DNA of 43,604 nucleotides from Candidatus Moanibacter sp. (GTDB taxonomy: Bacteria > Verrucomicrobiota > Verrucomicrobiia > Opitutales > UBA2987), in NCBI GenBank assembly GCA_965215885.1, contig CBDCEW010000045.1:1-43604 (forward strand), read 5' to 3'. Below, piece after piece: positions 20,422 through 31,731 of this stretch (within the stretch, counting starts at the first letter, position 1; the number at the start of each line of letters is the position of its first letter). Both the position numbers and the translations under genes were made by a program. The notes under the pieces are model-generated. The model had not been told where the DNA came from, did no database searches, and was given only the letters and a program-made list of their open reading frames with translations.

Positions 20422-21096
20422 TCAATCACCACCAAGATACAAATTGTCCCGCTCCTCCTCGAGATTTCCATGATTATCCGGCAAAACCCCATCCTCCGGC
20501 AGAGTGAAACCTACTTCCTCGTCCGGACCGCTCGATAATAATAGATATCCAGCGCCCTTCCATGCCTTCCCTCTCGATCCGGGACGCGCCACACGATAGG
20601 AATAAAGGTAGGGTCTCCCCCACGGATCTATTAAGAAAATGCCGGCATATCCACTATCCTGCGTTCGGTTCGCTCTCGACTCGGTTCCCCCGTCGTCAGG
20701 AAGGGAGGTTGCGAGTTGAGTAGGACTCAGGAATTCCTTTCCCTTGCGATTTACCAGCGGATCTTCGCGCGACTCCAATCGGCCTTCCGCGTCCATCACA
20801 AATGCACCGGTGGGGCTCCTGCGGCCGATCAGCGCTGCGTAGATTTCTCTTGCCCCATTGCTTCCGGAATCAATCCAGGGATAGTCTCCGTAGAACTCTT
20901 TATACCTCTCCAATGCCTGAGCGATAATGGCCATCTCCCCTCTCGCCCTCGATTCCCGTGCCCGGCGCTGAATGCTTGTCGATACTCCGAATATGATGCC
21001 AGCCAAAAGGATAAGCACGGAAATGACAGCGAGAAGCTCGATGAGCGTGAAGCTGCGTGAACCAAGCAGCTTCGATAATCTTACCTCGTTTTTCAT
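20422..21096 (-). CDS. Prepilin-type protein (GspG-like)
   Basis: SFTLIELLAVISVLILLAG, ALERYK..YGDYP, DPWGRPY.Y, LLSSGPD. Confidence 0.88.
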   Translation of the reverse strand: MKNEVRLSKLLGSRSFTLIELLAVISVLILLAGIIFGVSTSIQRRARESRARGEMAIIAQALERYKEFYGDYPWIDSGSNGAREIYAALIGRRSPTGAFVMDAEGRLESREDPLVNRKGKEFLSPTQLATSLPDDGGTESRANRTQDSGYAGIFLIDPWGRPYLYSYRVARPGSRGKAWKGAGYLLLSSGPDEEVGFTLPEDGVLPDNHGNLEEERDNLYLGGD

Positions 21097-21193
21097 GCTC
21101 GGGCCAAATACGTGTTTAGCGGGAGTGCCAATGCCTTACTTCGATCTTTGCGGCAAGGGGTCAAGCCCTAGTACTGATTCCGGTGAAAAAACC

Positions 21194-21266
21194 CCACGTT
21201 CTTGCGAACGCGGCTACAACGTTTCGTAAGTCGTTGATATTTGTAGCCGCGTTCGCAAGAACGTGG
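21194..21266. repeat. Perfect 26-bp inverted repeat; GTAG-type REP doublet
   Basis: ccacgttcttgcgaacgcggctacaa-N21-ttgtagccgcgttcgcaagaacgtgg; each arm is GTAG plus a GCAA-loop hairpin. Confidence 0.85.
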
Positions 21267-21444
21267 TCGAGGATCCCGAAACGAAAACTTTTTCAGCAGA
21301 ATCAGTACTTCAGTTCGTAAATACGGTGATGGATACCGAGACGACATCTTGCAATTTCCGAGAACGCTATCACGGCAAATATCTCTTTCAGACACGCAGT
21401 TACTCTCCAGCCAAGAAAAGCGGGCTATCCTGTTACATGAGGCA

Positions 21445-21472
21445 TTGACAGAGCGGCGATTTGCACTACCAT
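21445..21472 (+). promoter_or_regulatory. Putative sigma70 promoter for rho
   Basis: TTGACA-16bp-TACCAT. Confidence 0.5.
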
Positions 21473-21708
21473 ATTGCCTGAATTGCTTCCTCGTGAAGAG
21501 GTGGACGCTTTTTTCATCGAATTGATTGCTGGCGAAAGTTATGTCCGCCGGGCTTTAGTGTCGTGTTTCATAAATAACATTGCACAGGTGAGAGCGCCAT
21601 TGAGGGGCAGCACAACTCGGGGGTTTTCGAATTCTCCCGACTAATAGATTATAACACTTCCGGTTGGGAGTCTGTCGACTTTGTGTCCCACGGAATCCTG
21701 GGAAGAAG

Positions 21709-22842
21709 ATGAAATTGAAAGAACACAAATCCCATAGCAATATCGAGGTAACTGGAATCTACGAGCCGCATCAAAACAAGGCCGGCCAATTGCTCAACCC
21801 CGAGCGACACGGAAAACTCCGGTCCAATGACCCTTTCCTGCCACGCGAATTAGTCCGTCGATTCAAGATCAATCGAGGCAGTTGGATCGTGGGACAGGCT
21901 CAGCAGGACGATCGCTTTCCCAACCCCAAGATTCGATATGTGGACTCTATCGACGGTGTGCCCGTGGACAAGAGGAAGCAATTTCTCGAATTCTCCGAAC
22001 TCACTACTATCACTCCCGACAAATGGCTCCGCCTCGAAACCGCGGACGGGAAAATGACGGTACGCACGATGGATATCTTTTGTCCCATCGGCAAGGGTCA
22101 ACGGGGTCTCATTGTCGCTCCCCCAAGGACCGGTAAGACAATCCTCCTTCAAGATATCGCGTTAGGAATATTGGAGAACTACTCCGAATGCCATGTCATA
22201 ATCCTCCTTGTCGACGAGCGTCCCGAGGAGGTTACCGATATAAAACGCAGCGTGCCCTGTGAGATCTTCGCTTCTTCAAATGACGAAGAGCTGAAGAATC
22301 ATCTCCGTGTGGCTGACATCGCTATCGATCGGGCTAAACGACTTGTCGAAGTAGGAAGGGATGTCGTTATTCTTCTTGACTCCTTAACCCGTCTTGCGCG
22401 CGCCCACAATTCCGCGAAGGGGTCAAGCGGCCGAACCATGACCGGAGGACTGGACATCCGGGCTCTGGAGAAGCCCCGGCAGTTATTCTCAGCCGCACGC
22501 AACACCGAGGAAGCGGGAAGCCTCACGATCATCGCTTCGGCCTTGATTGAAACCGGAAGCCGCATGGACGATCTGATTTTTCAGGAATTCAAAGGAACCG
22601 GGAATATGGAGATGGTGCTTGATCGCAAAGTCGCTGAATTGCGCATCTGGCCGGCCATTAACATCGCCTCTTCCGGGACTCGCCGGGAGGAGCTTCTGCT
22701 CGATACCACCACCCTCGAACGCTGTCATTTTTTCCGCCGGGCACTAGCCAACATGAAAGTCGACGAAGCTGCCGAAACGGCGATTTCTCGCCTCGGTAAG
22801 ACGGAGAACAACGAAGAGTTTCTCGATCTGATCAAAATCTGA
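21709..22842 (+). CDS. rho: Transcription termination factor Rho (short form)
   Basis: PIGKGQRGLIVAPPRTGKT, VDERPEEVTD, LLDSLTRLARA, EFKGTGNME, SGTRREELL. Confidence 0.95.
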   Translation: MKLKEHKSHSNIEVTGIYEPHQNKAGQLLNPERHGKLRSNDPFLPRELVRRFKINRGSWIVGQAQQDDRFPNPKIRYVDSIDGVPVDKRKQFLEFSELTTITPDKWLRLETADGKMTVRTMDIFCPIGKGQRGLIVAPPRTGKTILLQDIALGILENYSECHVIILLVDERPEEVTDIKRSVPCEIFASSNDEELKNHLRVADIAIDRAKRLVEVGRDVVILLDSLTRLARAHNSAKGSSGRTMTGGLDIRALEKPRQLFSAARNTEEAGSLTIIASALIETGSRMDDLIFQEFKGTGNMEMVLDRKVAELRIWPAINIASSGTRREELLLDTTTLERCHFFRRALANMKVDEAAETAISRLGKTENNEEFLDLIKI

Positions 22843-22903
22843 CCCCGTTTCTATTTTCTGCGTGCCTTTTCCCAAGTAGACACTACTTTCCCCCTTTTTT
22901 GTA

Positions 22904-24664
22904 ATGCAGAATTTTTCAGATCAGTGTCTGGATATTGCCAGCACAATGCTTGCCCACAACCTCGACGCGATCAATGAAGATGGATCCATCACTCCCACGG
23001 AAGGCGAGACACTCCTGCTCGATGAACCCGGCCACGTCGCGCTCGCGCTGGGCGAGTATTATCGGCTGACAGGCGAGTCGCATCTGGAGAAATACGACCT
23101 CGTAGATCTCTCTGCCCGCTGCATTACTTTCCAGTCGTTTACTGAGGAACCCTTTGAGAACGGCTTGGCTTACTCCGCTCTCGGATTGCTCTCTTTCGGC
23201 CCTTCCAAGGATCGCAACGCCGTCTGGGAACGCTTGCTCGATCCCACCCGTGAACGCCTCGATAAAAGTCTGCTAGCGCGCACCGACTACACCGGCCATT
23301 TGCAGGCCTTTAACATCGCGAAAGCGGTAGCGCGTTTCACCATGGGTCTCTCAAAAAAAGACGAGACCGGAAGATTGATCGATCGATTCATCGAGCGGAT
23401 CAGGAAATCCAGTAGCGCCAACTATTGTGACGATGGTCCCGAAAAAGGAATTGGAGGCATTTTCGACATCTCCGGAATACTCAGTTTCGTCTTTATCCGG
23501 CAAGTCCTCCAACTCCACTCCAACATCCATCTTCGCGAAAGAAAACTTCCCAGCCTCCGCACTTTCGCCGAGAAGTATATTCGCATGATGCCCGATATCG
23601 TTCGCCAGGACGGTCTCGGCTGGTCTTACGGGCGAGGGATCGGTGCCTATGGACAGATGAACTGCATCAGTATTATCCTCCAGGCGATGCGCGACGGCTG
23701 GATCACGGAAGAAAAGAAGCCGGCCTATCTTGATATTCTTCGCCGCCTCTTTCTCTACTTTTTCATGACCTATCTCAATCGCGAAGATGGCTATCTCGTG
23801 ATTAGAGATACCGAGAGGAGCACGGATGCACATCATACTAGTCGCATGGCTAATTTTGACGGCGTCCGCTACCTATGCCAGTGGGCACGTCTGGCCAGAT
23901 CTATCGGGGGTTCGATGAGTTCCGACCCAGTCTCTTTTCGAACAAGCGGGCGATTCGTCATCTTTGATAAGAGCAACCGTAAGGAACAGGGGGTGTTTCT
24001 TTACCAGGACACAAATAGCGGGCTTCACATCCAGCTGCCTTTAGTCGGATCCGGAATTGCCAAAACCTCGGATTCCTTATCCTTTCCTCACTGTCCCGGC
24101 ATCTTTGACTGGCCAAACGAACGCTACCTGCCGGTTATGATGCCGGAACTCACTTTTGGCGAGGACATTGTCATACCCTGCTTTTACGGTAAACGCTGCG
24201 TCACAGGGTTGGGGTTGAGAAATTCTTTCTATTTTCGTTATGAACAACCGGAGTTGATCACCATCGACGAAAGGATCACTCACGGTCTTGGGAGCGTCAA
24301 GGTGGCCTGGACATTCTCTCAAAATAAAGTCACGAGCGATTTCATAGTCACTGTGAAAAACAAGGTGCAGCTTGACCGCATGCGTTACGTGCTCGTGATC
24401 GGAGCGCCCCACTCCACCTACCGAATCGCTACAACCTACACCCTGGGTCGTGGAGGTCTCAATTGCAATGTCCTCAAAGACGACTTTCAAGCTGTCTGGG
24501 AAGAAACCGAAGTCGTTACGAGCGAACCGCTCTATAAATCCAACTACGGCAACATCCACTACATACAGACACTCAGTAGAGACCACCCTCTCATCATGCG
24601 GCCCGGCCAGCAGTACCGCCTGACCGTCTCTTTCGAACCGGATATCACCTTTGCCGGAGAGTGA
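22904..24664 (+). CDS. Hypothetical protein (586 aa)
   Basis: Long ATG ORF with protein-like composition; no family recognised. Confidence 0.8.
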   Translation: MQNFSDQCLDIASTMLAHNLDAINEDGSITPTEGETLLLDEPGHVALALGEYYRLTGESHLEKYDLVDLSARCITFQSFTEEPFENGLAYSALGLLSFGPSKDRNAVWERLLDPTRERLDKSLLARTDYTGHLQAFNIAKAVARFTMGLSKKDETGRLIDRFIERIRKSSSANYCDDGPEKGIGGIFDISGILSFVFIRQVLQLHSNIHLRERKLPSLRTFAEKYIRMMPDIVRQDGLGWSYGRGIGAYGQMNCISIILQAMRDGWITEEKKPAYLDILRRLFLYFFMTYLNREDGYLVIRDTERSTDAHHTSRMANFDGVRYLCQWARLARSIGGSMSSDPVSFRTSGRFVIFDKSNRKEQGVFLYQDTNSGLHIQLPLVGSGIAKTSDSLSFPHCPGIFDWPNERYLPVMMPELTFGEDIVIPCFYGKRCVTGLGLRNSFYFRYEQPELITIDERITHGLGSVKVAWTFSQNKVTSDFIVTVKNKVQLDRMRYVLVIGAPHSTYRIATTYTLGRGGLNCNVLKDDFQAVWEETEVVTSEPLYKSNYGNIHYIQTLSRDHPLIMRPGQQYRLTVSFEPDITFAGE

Positions 24665-24707
24665 GCACCCGGTCTCACTCATGATTGGCCACATAAGAAC
24701 GCATCCG

Positions 24708-25487
24708 TTATCTCGCCGTATAACCCCCATCCACCGGCAGCAACACACCGGTTACCCACCTGGCCTCATCGGAGGCCAGATAGACAGCTGCATAGGCAAC
24801 ATCTTCAGGTTCACCCAATCGTCGAATTGAATGCTGATCGAGCACCTCTTCCCAGGGCCTACCCTCCACCTTCATCGCTTCAAACAACTCTCTATTTATG
24901 TCCGTGATGACGAACGAGGGATTGATCGCATTCACGCGGATATTGTCTCTGCCAAAGTCTAGCGCCATCTGTCTAGTGAGAATTGCCACCGCGCCCTTTG
25001 ACGCGCAGTACGCGGGACGCACGGGCAGACCGACGAGTCCGGCAATCGAAGACATATTGACGATTGCTCCTCCGCCATGTTCTACCATGATGGGAAGCAC
25101 CGATTTACTCATGAGGAATACGCCCTTAACGTTTACTCTTATTGTCTCGTCCCAATCCTCTTCGCTCGTGTTTATGACTGTTTCGCGCGAGGGAACAACA
25201 CCGGCATTGTTCACCAGAATATCGATCCCGCCGAGTATTTCGTTGGCCTCCATCACCATCCTCTCCGCATCGGTTGCAGCTCCCACATCCCCCACCATCG
25301 CGTAGGCTTCACCTTCGCACTTGCGTATGCGCGCAACCGTTTCCTCATTCGGTTCCCTTTTTACATCGACGCAGGCAACACGCGCTCCCTCCTCGGCGAA
25401 CTTCACCGCGATCGCTTCACCCAGCCCCATGGCGGCACCCGTCACGATCGCCCGCTTCCCCTCCAAACGCAGTCGTTTTCTATCCAT
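24708..25487 (-). CDS. Short-chain dehydrogenase/reductase
   Basis: TGAAMGLG, LVNNAG, NMSS, YCASK, IRVNAINPS, VDGG. Confidence 0.95.
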   Translation of the reverse strand: MDRKRLRLEGKRAIVTGAAMGLGEAIAVKFAEEGARVACVDVKREPNEETVARIRKCEGEAYAMVGDVGAATDAERMVMEANEILGGIDILVNNAGVVPSRETVINTSEEDWDETIRVNVKGVFLMSKSVLPIMVEHGGGAIVNMSSIAGLVGLPVRPAYCASKGAVAILTRQMALDFGRDNIRVNAINPSFVITDINRELFEAMKVEGRPWEEVLDQHSIRRLGEPEDVAYAAVYLASDEARWVTGVLLPVDGGYTAR

Positions 25488-25500
25488 TATCTAAAAAGTT

Positions 25501-25560
25501 CCTAGCGCAGCACAGCCGCAACCAATCGATAAGGTTCGGGACAAGGTTCCCGACGAGGTT
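25501..25560. repeat. Repeat-family motifs upstream of the SDR
   Basis: cctagcgcagcacagccgcaacc and gataaggttcgggacaaggttcccgacgagg, matching 11659-11790. Confidence 0.65.
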
Positions 25561-25837
25561 TTCTCCCCTGGATTCCGACGAAGCCTCCGGTGATCCCCTC
25601 GATAGGCTTGAGACAGACTTTGACGATTCCTTTGTCTCCTTCTTTACACTGCGCGCCTTAAATCGAGCAACACGTTCCTCCACGCCCACCATATCTACGG
25701 TTGGTGTGTAACGGAAATCTCTTATTCCTTCCTTAACAGCAATCATCCCATCGATTTGCTGCCGGTATCCCACCAGCGTTACCCTGCCGAAAAATTCAAT
25801 GCCCTCACTCTTCCCATGGCAAACTCTATTTTGGTGA

Positions 25838-25899
25838 CCTGGACATTCCACACACTTCGTAGCGAGATTACCTGGATTGCTGCGTATCAAAGCCTTTCC
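25838..25899 (+). mobile_element. Truncated left half of the MITE found at the htpG 3' end
   Basis: ggacattccacacacttcgtagcgaga..gattgctgcgtatcaaagc matches 37078-37130. Confidence 0.7.
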
Positions 25900-26208
25900 T
25901 CCGGTCGGAGCAGAAGGATTGTAAGCCATGGGTTTAGAATTCCAAATGCCACAACACATCCCCTCAATCAAACGCCTCGCAGCCTGAGCCCCCATCGGCA
26001 GAATGGCTGCAAGTTCCTGGACTTTCATTATTTCTGTGATCAGCGAGAACGAATTGCATCTTGTACGAATGTTGAGTTCCCGTTTTTGAAAAACGAATCG
26101 ACCTCGATCTTAGGAGTGGACATTATCCTATTCGACGGCATGTTAGAATATTGTAGTCGCCGGTAAAGCAGCAACGCTGGTATATCCCGATATGGCAAGG
26201 CGCAACAG

Positions 26209-27441
26209 ATGAAGATTCTCCATACGGCTGACCTGCAAATTGGGGCGCGGTTCACGCGATTTGGCGAGAAGGCTGACGTTCTCAGGGCTGCGCGTATTAC
26301 CACGCTGAAGCGCATTCTTGAGATCGCGCGGGAGAAGGATTTCGACGTGATTCTGATCGCGGGAGACCTGTTCGAGAGCAACGGCATAGCGAACAGCCTC
26401 GTCGAGGAAGCGTTCGGCATTCTGGCCGCACACCCGGATATTCCGATCGTGATACTCCCAGGCAATCATGATCCTCTCGACGGTCCGGGTTGCATTTGGC
26501 TGCGGAAGCCTTTCGCGCACCCGCCCGGTCACGTGACCATCTGCACAAGCCGCGATCCGATCGAACTCAAGGCGGCCGTTATTCTGCCTGTGCCGATTAC
26601 CCAGAAGGTATCAACGCGCGACCCGTCCCTTCCCCTGGTGGAAGCCTCCAGAGGTGTTGCGAAGGGGAAATTCAAGATTGGCATGACGCACGGGTCCCTT
26701 GCTATCGAGGGCAAGCACCAGCCCAACGATCATCCGATCGCGCTCGATGCCGCGACCCGCGCCGGCCTGGACTACCTGGCTGTCGGCCACTGGCATAAGC
26801 CGCAAATCTACGACGAGGGCCGTCTGGCGATGCCCGGCACACCGGAACCGGACGATTTCAATCAGAATTCCGGCACCGCTTCGTTAGTGGAAATAGCCGG
26901 TTCCGGTGTCGTCCCCAGGATCACACCGATTGACAGTGGGACGTTCGTTTGGCGTTCCGCGACCTTTGACTTTTTGAACCGCGAGCCGGCGGCCGATTTT
27001 ATCAACTCGGGCCTTGCCGATATCGAGACCCTACCTGATCACACCGTCCTGCGCATTGAACTGACAGGGCCGGTCTCCGGTGAGAATCGCGACGCCCTCT
27101 CCGCGAACATCTCGGAAGCGACGAAGGACTACGCGGTCGTGCTGATTGATGACAGAACGTCGACCGTTCTCTCTGAGTCCCTCTGGAAAACTTGCCTTCA
27201 AGAGCACCCCTTGCTCGCCCAGGTTGTCGCCGATGTGGAACGGTCGCGGTTGTTCGTTACCGGCCGCGCCCCTGCAGTCGAGGCTGCGGATTTGGATGAG
27301 ATTGCACTCAATGAGTTTCAATCGCTTTGCGGAGATCTTAACATCGAGACCGCCGCGCTGCGTGAGGAGGTCTTCGAATACATGCTGACTCTTCTAACGG
27401 CCGAGGTAGGCAAGGCCGTGACAACCGGCGGTTCCCTATGA
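26209..27441 (+). CDS. SbcD/Mre11-like metallophosphoesterase nuclease
   Basis: HTADLQIG, IAGDLF, PGNHD, THGS, YLAVGHWH, PGTPEP. Confidence 0.92.
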   Translation: MKILHTADLQIGARFTRFGEKADVLRAARITTLKRILEIAREKDFDVILIAGDLFESNGIANSLVEEAFGILAAHPDIPIVILPGNHDPLDGPGCIWLRKPFAHPPGHVTICTSRDPIELKAAVILPVPITQKVSTRDPSLPLVEASRGVAKGKFKIGMTHGSLAIEGKHQPNDHPIALDAATRAGLDYLAVGHWHKPQIYDEGRLAMPGTPEPDDFNQNSGTASLVEIAGSGVVPRITPIDSGTFVWRSATFDFLNREPAADFINSGLADIETLPDHTVLRIELTGPVSGENRDALSANISEATKDYAVVLIDDRTSTVLSESLWKTCLQEHPLLAQVVADVERSRLFVTGRAPAVEAADLDEIALNEFQSLCGDLNIETAALREEVFEYMLTLLTAEVGKAVTTGGSL

Positions 27442-30195
27442 ATTTGGAGGGCATTGAACTGCGGAATACCGGTCCCTTCGCTGCCGCAGCCGGTATCGGC
27501 CCGTTCACTGATGGACTCAACGTGCTGGCGGCCGCCAACGAGGCGGGCAAAACATCTTTTCTTATGGGTGCCGCACGCGCACTTTTTGACCGGCACACCG
27601 TTACCGGTGAGGCCATAGAACGCCTCCAACCCGTAGGGACGAGCTTGGCTCCTGAAATTTCGGTCGTCTTCCTGACGACGGAAGGCCGGTTCAAGGTCCA
27701 CAAACGATTCCTCAATTCAACAACCAGTGAATTGAGCGAAGAGCGCGACGGAGAATGGCATCTCATCGCCGACGGTGATGCCGCGGATGGAAGAGTCCTG
27801 GAACTGATTGGCAGCGTGCGGCCGGGACGCGGGGTGAGCAAAGCTGAACACTGGGGCCTCTTGCGTTATCTTTGGGCTCGACAGGGCGAGACCGCCGACT
27901 GGCCCGAATGGGATGATGCGGCCGGCACACGCATCCGCTCGGGGCTTGCCCAAGTGGATATCGATCCATTGGTAGAGCGCCTCCGCAACCAATTCCTGGA
28001 AGCGGAGGCGCAGCAGTTCACATCAACCGGGCGCGTAGCGAAAAACAGCCCCCTGCAATTCGCGGAGCAGGCAGTTGAGAAACTTGAATCCGACCGGGTG
28101 CAGATCCGCTCACAGATGGAGGAAACTGATGAGCACATGCAGGAGCTTCAGCAGCACCGCGATAAATTGACCATCTTGAAACGGGAGAAAACGAAGGCCG
28201 AAAAAAAGGCGAAATCCTTGACGGAAACGCTCAAGCAAGTGGAACTCCTGCGGAAGGATCTGGAGCGCTTTGAGGGCGCATTCACGAACGCACAAGAGCG
28301 CTTGAACGCGATCGATAAGGACAAAAAATCCCTGAACGAAGCGGAAGCCGGCCTCGAGGCGGCGGAAAAGAAGCGGACCCGATTCGAAGGCAAAGAAGAG
28401 CGGGCGCGGTGCGAGGAGAAAGAAGCCCGTGAAGAATTGGTTGCGGTGAACGACCGTGCCAAGGCTCTGCAGAAGAAACTCGATCTCGGTCGCCAAAGCG
28501 AAACCCGGTGGCGCGATATCCAAGAACTTCGCGGTCTCGAGGAGGATCTTGCAAAATTGAAAAAATCCCTCGATGCCGCCCGGAAACAACAGGAGGCGCT
28601 GGCAGAACTTCGGCGCAAACGCGCTGCCCTGCCGGATGTCAAGAAGGCGCAAGTCACCCGGTTGGAAAAACACGAAAGGGAATTGCGTGAGCTCGCCGTT
28701 CGAGCCGAATCCGTCGGATTGCGCGTCAGCCTGAAGCCGGAACGAAACGCGACCGTCTCCATGGAGCTCGACGGTGCCGAAAAGACGATAAAACTGGCTA
28801 AGGATGAGGCGACAACCGTCAACGCGGCCCGCAGGCTGCATCTGAAACTGGCTCAATGGGGGGAAATTGACATCTCCAGCGGCGCCCGGGAAGCCGCTGA
28901 GGTCGAAGAGAAAATCGCCGCAAGCCGGGCCGTCCTCGATAAGGATCTGAAAAAAATCGGCGTTGCCTCAGTGGATCACGCACGGACGTGCGTCGAGGAG
29001 ATCAGGGATCTTGATCGCGACATCAAGGCTGCCGAATCGCTGCTGAAGGAGAGGCTCGATGAATGGGATTCCCTGGAATCTCTGCAGGCCGGTGTTGAGA
29101 AGGCGGAGGCCGATTTTGAGCAAAGCCGCGCGCGACTGAACCTCAGCGCGGAGGAGGAGGCCCTTTCATTGGCCGAAATCAAAGCGGAACTGGCGAAGAT
29201 CCACTCCGCAATAGGTGCCGACGAGAAAGGACAGACTGCATCGCGGAAATCCATCAAGTCCCAGGAAAAGCGGGCCGAAAAATGCAGCGCAGCGCGTGAG
29301 AAAACTTCGAAATCAGTCAACCAAACGAAGAACGACATCGCGTCGCTGGAAGCACGCAGAAAGACGGTCAACGAGCGCTATTCCGAGGGAATCGAGAAAG
29401 CGGAAGCAGACGCTCAGACCGCCTTCGTGGAGGCCAAGGCCCAACTCGAAGTCGCGCGGAAGAAGCTGCCGGATGACTGGGAGAGACTCGAGTCGCGGCA
29501 GGAACGCGCACTCCAGGCGGCCGCCCAGACTATGCGGGATTATCAGGATACGGAGCAGAAGATTCGGCGTCTCGAAACGCTCCTCGAGCACTCCGGCTCA
29601 CAGGGTCTCTACAGCCGGGAAACGGAATTGGATGAGACGCTGGTGAGCGCGAAAAACGATGCGGAACGGCTGCGCAACAATGCATTGGCGGCCCGGCTCC
29701 TCGCCGCACTCATCGACTACCGCAAAAAGGCCGCCGTCAAAACCGTGCTGAAGCCACTCGAAGACCAGTTGAGCGCCACCTTCGCCGAAATTACCGGGGT
29801 CCCCAACCGCCGTGTCTTCCTCGATGAGAATCTTCAAGTCGCCGGCATCGGCCGCAAGCGAAACGAAACGATCCATTTCGACCAGTTGTCACAGGGCGCG
29901 CGCGAGCAACTGCTCCTCGCACTTACATTTCGACCAGTTGTCACAGGGCGCGCGCGAGCAACTGCTCCTCGCCCTGCGAGCCGCCGTGGCCCTCGAATTG
30001 GCCAAAAGCGGTCCCCAGATCCTCATTCTCGACGACGTTCTCGTCAACACTGACGCCACCCGGCAGGAAAATGTCCTGGATTTCGTCCAGAACGTAGCGC
30101 AGCACTTACAGGTCCTGATCGTAACTTGCCATGCGGAGCGGTACCGGGGTGTCGGTCACACGTTGAACATTGAACCAGTGCAAATGCCAGAGTAA
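27438..30195 (+). pseudogene. SbcC/Rad50/YhaN-like coiled-coil ATPase, frameshifted by a 52-bp insertion
   Basis: Walker A NEAGKT, long coiled coil, signature LSQGAREQ; Walker B ILDDVLVNTD and TCH lie in another frame after the duplication at 29874-29972. Confidence 0.88.
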
Positions 30196-30216
30196 AGCGG
30201 CAGGGAGGCCCGATAT

Positions 30217-31731
30217 ATGCAACCATCGGGTTCGAAGCTTATAAGAATGAAATTGCAAAATTTAGGTTGCATAGGCCCGGAGGGGCTGACTGTTGACTTA
30301 GATAATACCATCTGCCTTGTCGGAGGGAACAACACTGGGAAATCAACGGTACTTCGTGCGTACGAATTGGCGGTCGGAAACGAGAATTTTGCCCCTGAAT
30401 CTGATTTATGCAAACGCGCGAATGGAGGAAGTGCCGCCGTCGAGATATGGGTACATATTCCGAAAGATACGCCGAATATTGCACAGAAATGGAAAACCCC
30501 GGAGGAGAACTACCTTCTGGTGCGCAGTCGATGGGAGTGGCGAGAAGAGACGGGTTGGAAAAAGGAACGGTCTACTTGGGATCCGGAAGCCGACGACTTC
30601 GCTGAAGATGGGAATGCGAGTGGATTGGATAATGTTTTCAACAGCAGATTGCCAAAGCCATTTCGCATCGGCTCCCTTGAGGACCCGGAAGCTGAGCACG
30701 CCAAACTGCTAACGTTGATTACTCAACCGATTGCTGACAGATTGAAATCTCTTCTCGACGATGAAAAATCAGTTTTGAGCTCGACGCTGTCTAGTATCAC
30801 GAAAATTGCTCAAGCCTCCGTGGATGAAGAAAAGGAGACGCTTGCTGAGCTGCGCAAGGATATCAATGTGTCGCATAATGCGATCTTTCCTGACCTCGCG
30901 ATTGACTTCGACATTGGCCTTTGAAAGATACAAATCGACCCGTTGAAGCTACTACGCGAGAACTCGCATGTGATATTTAGGGGATGGGCTGATGAGGTGA
31001 AATGGCGTCAGTAGGGTACTGGCTCACAGCGAGCTCTGTTCTGGACAATGCTTCAGGTGCGTTCGAGGTTAAGTGCGGTTAGCGACATCGAGACTCAACA
31101 ACAAAAGGAACTGAAGAAACTCGAAGTCCGGTTGAGGAAAGCACAGAAGTCTTTGGAGACGGCGAAGAGGGAACAGACGAAGGAAAAGCATCGTCAAAAC
31201 ATCGCAGACTGTGAATCTCACATCGCAACGATATAGGACTGCACGCCTGAAACCGCACTAGCAAATCAACAGGAGGAAGTCACCCTCCCTGGCTACATGT
31301 TAATAATTGACGAGCCTGAAGTGGCGCTGCACCCGAATGCTGTCCGTTCTGCTAGCAGGTACCTATATGCGTTAGCAAGGGATCCCGCTTGGCAGGTGAT
31401 GTTGACAACGCACTCTCCTCTTTTTCTGAACCCGCTAGAGGATCACACAACAATCGTGCGTTTGGAACGCACGGTCACGAATCCATCGCCAAGAACCTAC
31501 AAGTCGGACGAGGTCTCGTTTACAGTCGACGAAAAAGAGAATCTTAAGCTCCTGAACAGGTTCGACCAAGGATTGGCTGAGATGTTCTTCCGTCAGTTAC
31601 CTGTCATTATTGAAGGCGATACTGAGTATGCCGCGTTTGAGGCAATCATGCAGAATAACGCACACCAATATCCGGTGAATTCGCGACCGGTTCTGGTCCG
31701 TGCGCATGGGAAATTCACGATGAGCAAATAG
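30217..31731 (+). pseudogene. OLD-family ATP-dependent endonuclease (ABC ATPase + Toprim), with nonsense stops and truncated
   Basis: GGNNTGKST, Q*GTGSQR, IIDEPEVALHP, TTHSP, IIEGDTE all in one frame with stops at 30922, 31012, 31234; ends inside Toprim. Confidence 0.88.

Noticed and set aside
21480..21515. c-di-GMP-I riboswitch
   Set aside because: gaagaggtggacgc is only loosely similar; the GCAAA elements and second stem are missing.
25480..26028. 182-aa minus-strand ORF
   Set aside because: Runs through a MITE fragment and repeat motifs with no recognisable domain; a small real gene within it cannot be excluded.
30217..31731. Stop-codon reassignment or Sec/Pyl readthrough in the OLD gene
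   Set aside because: Mixed TGA/TAG stops are one substitution from sense codons, neighbours carry deletions and frameshifts, and intact genes use TGA/TAG as stops.
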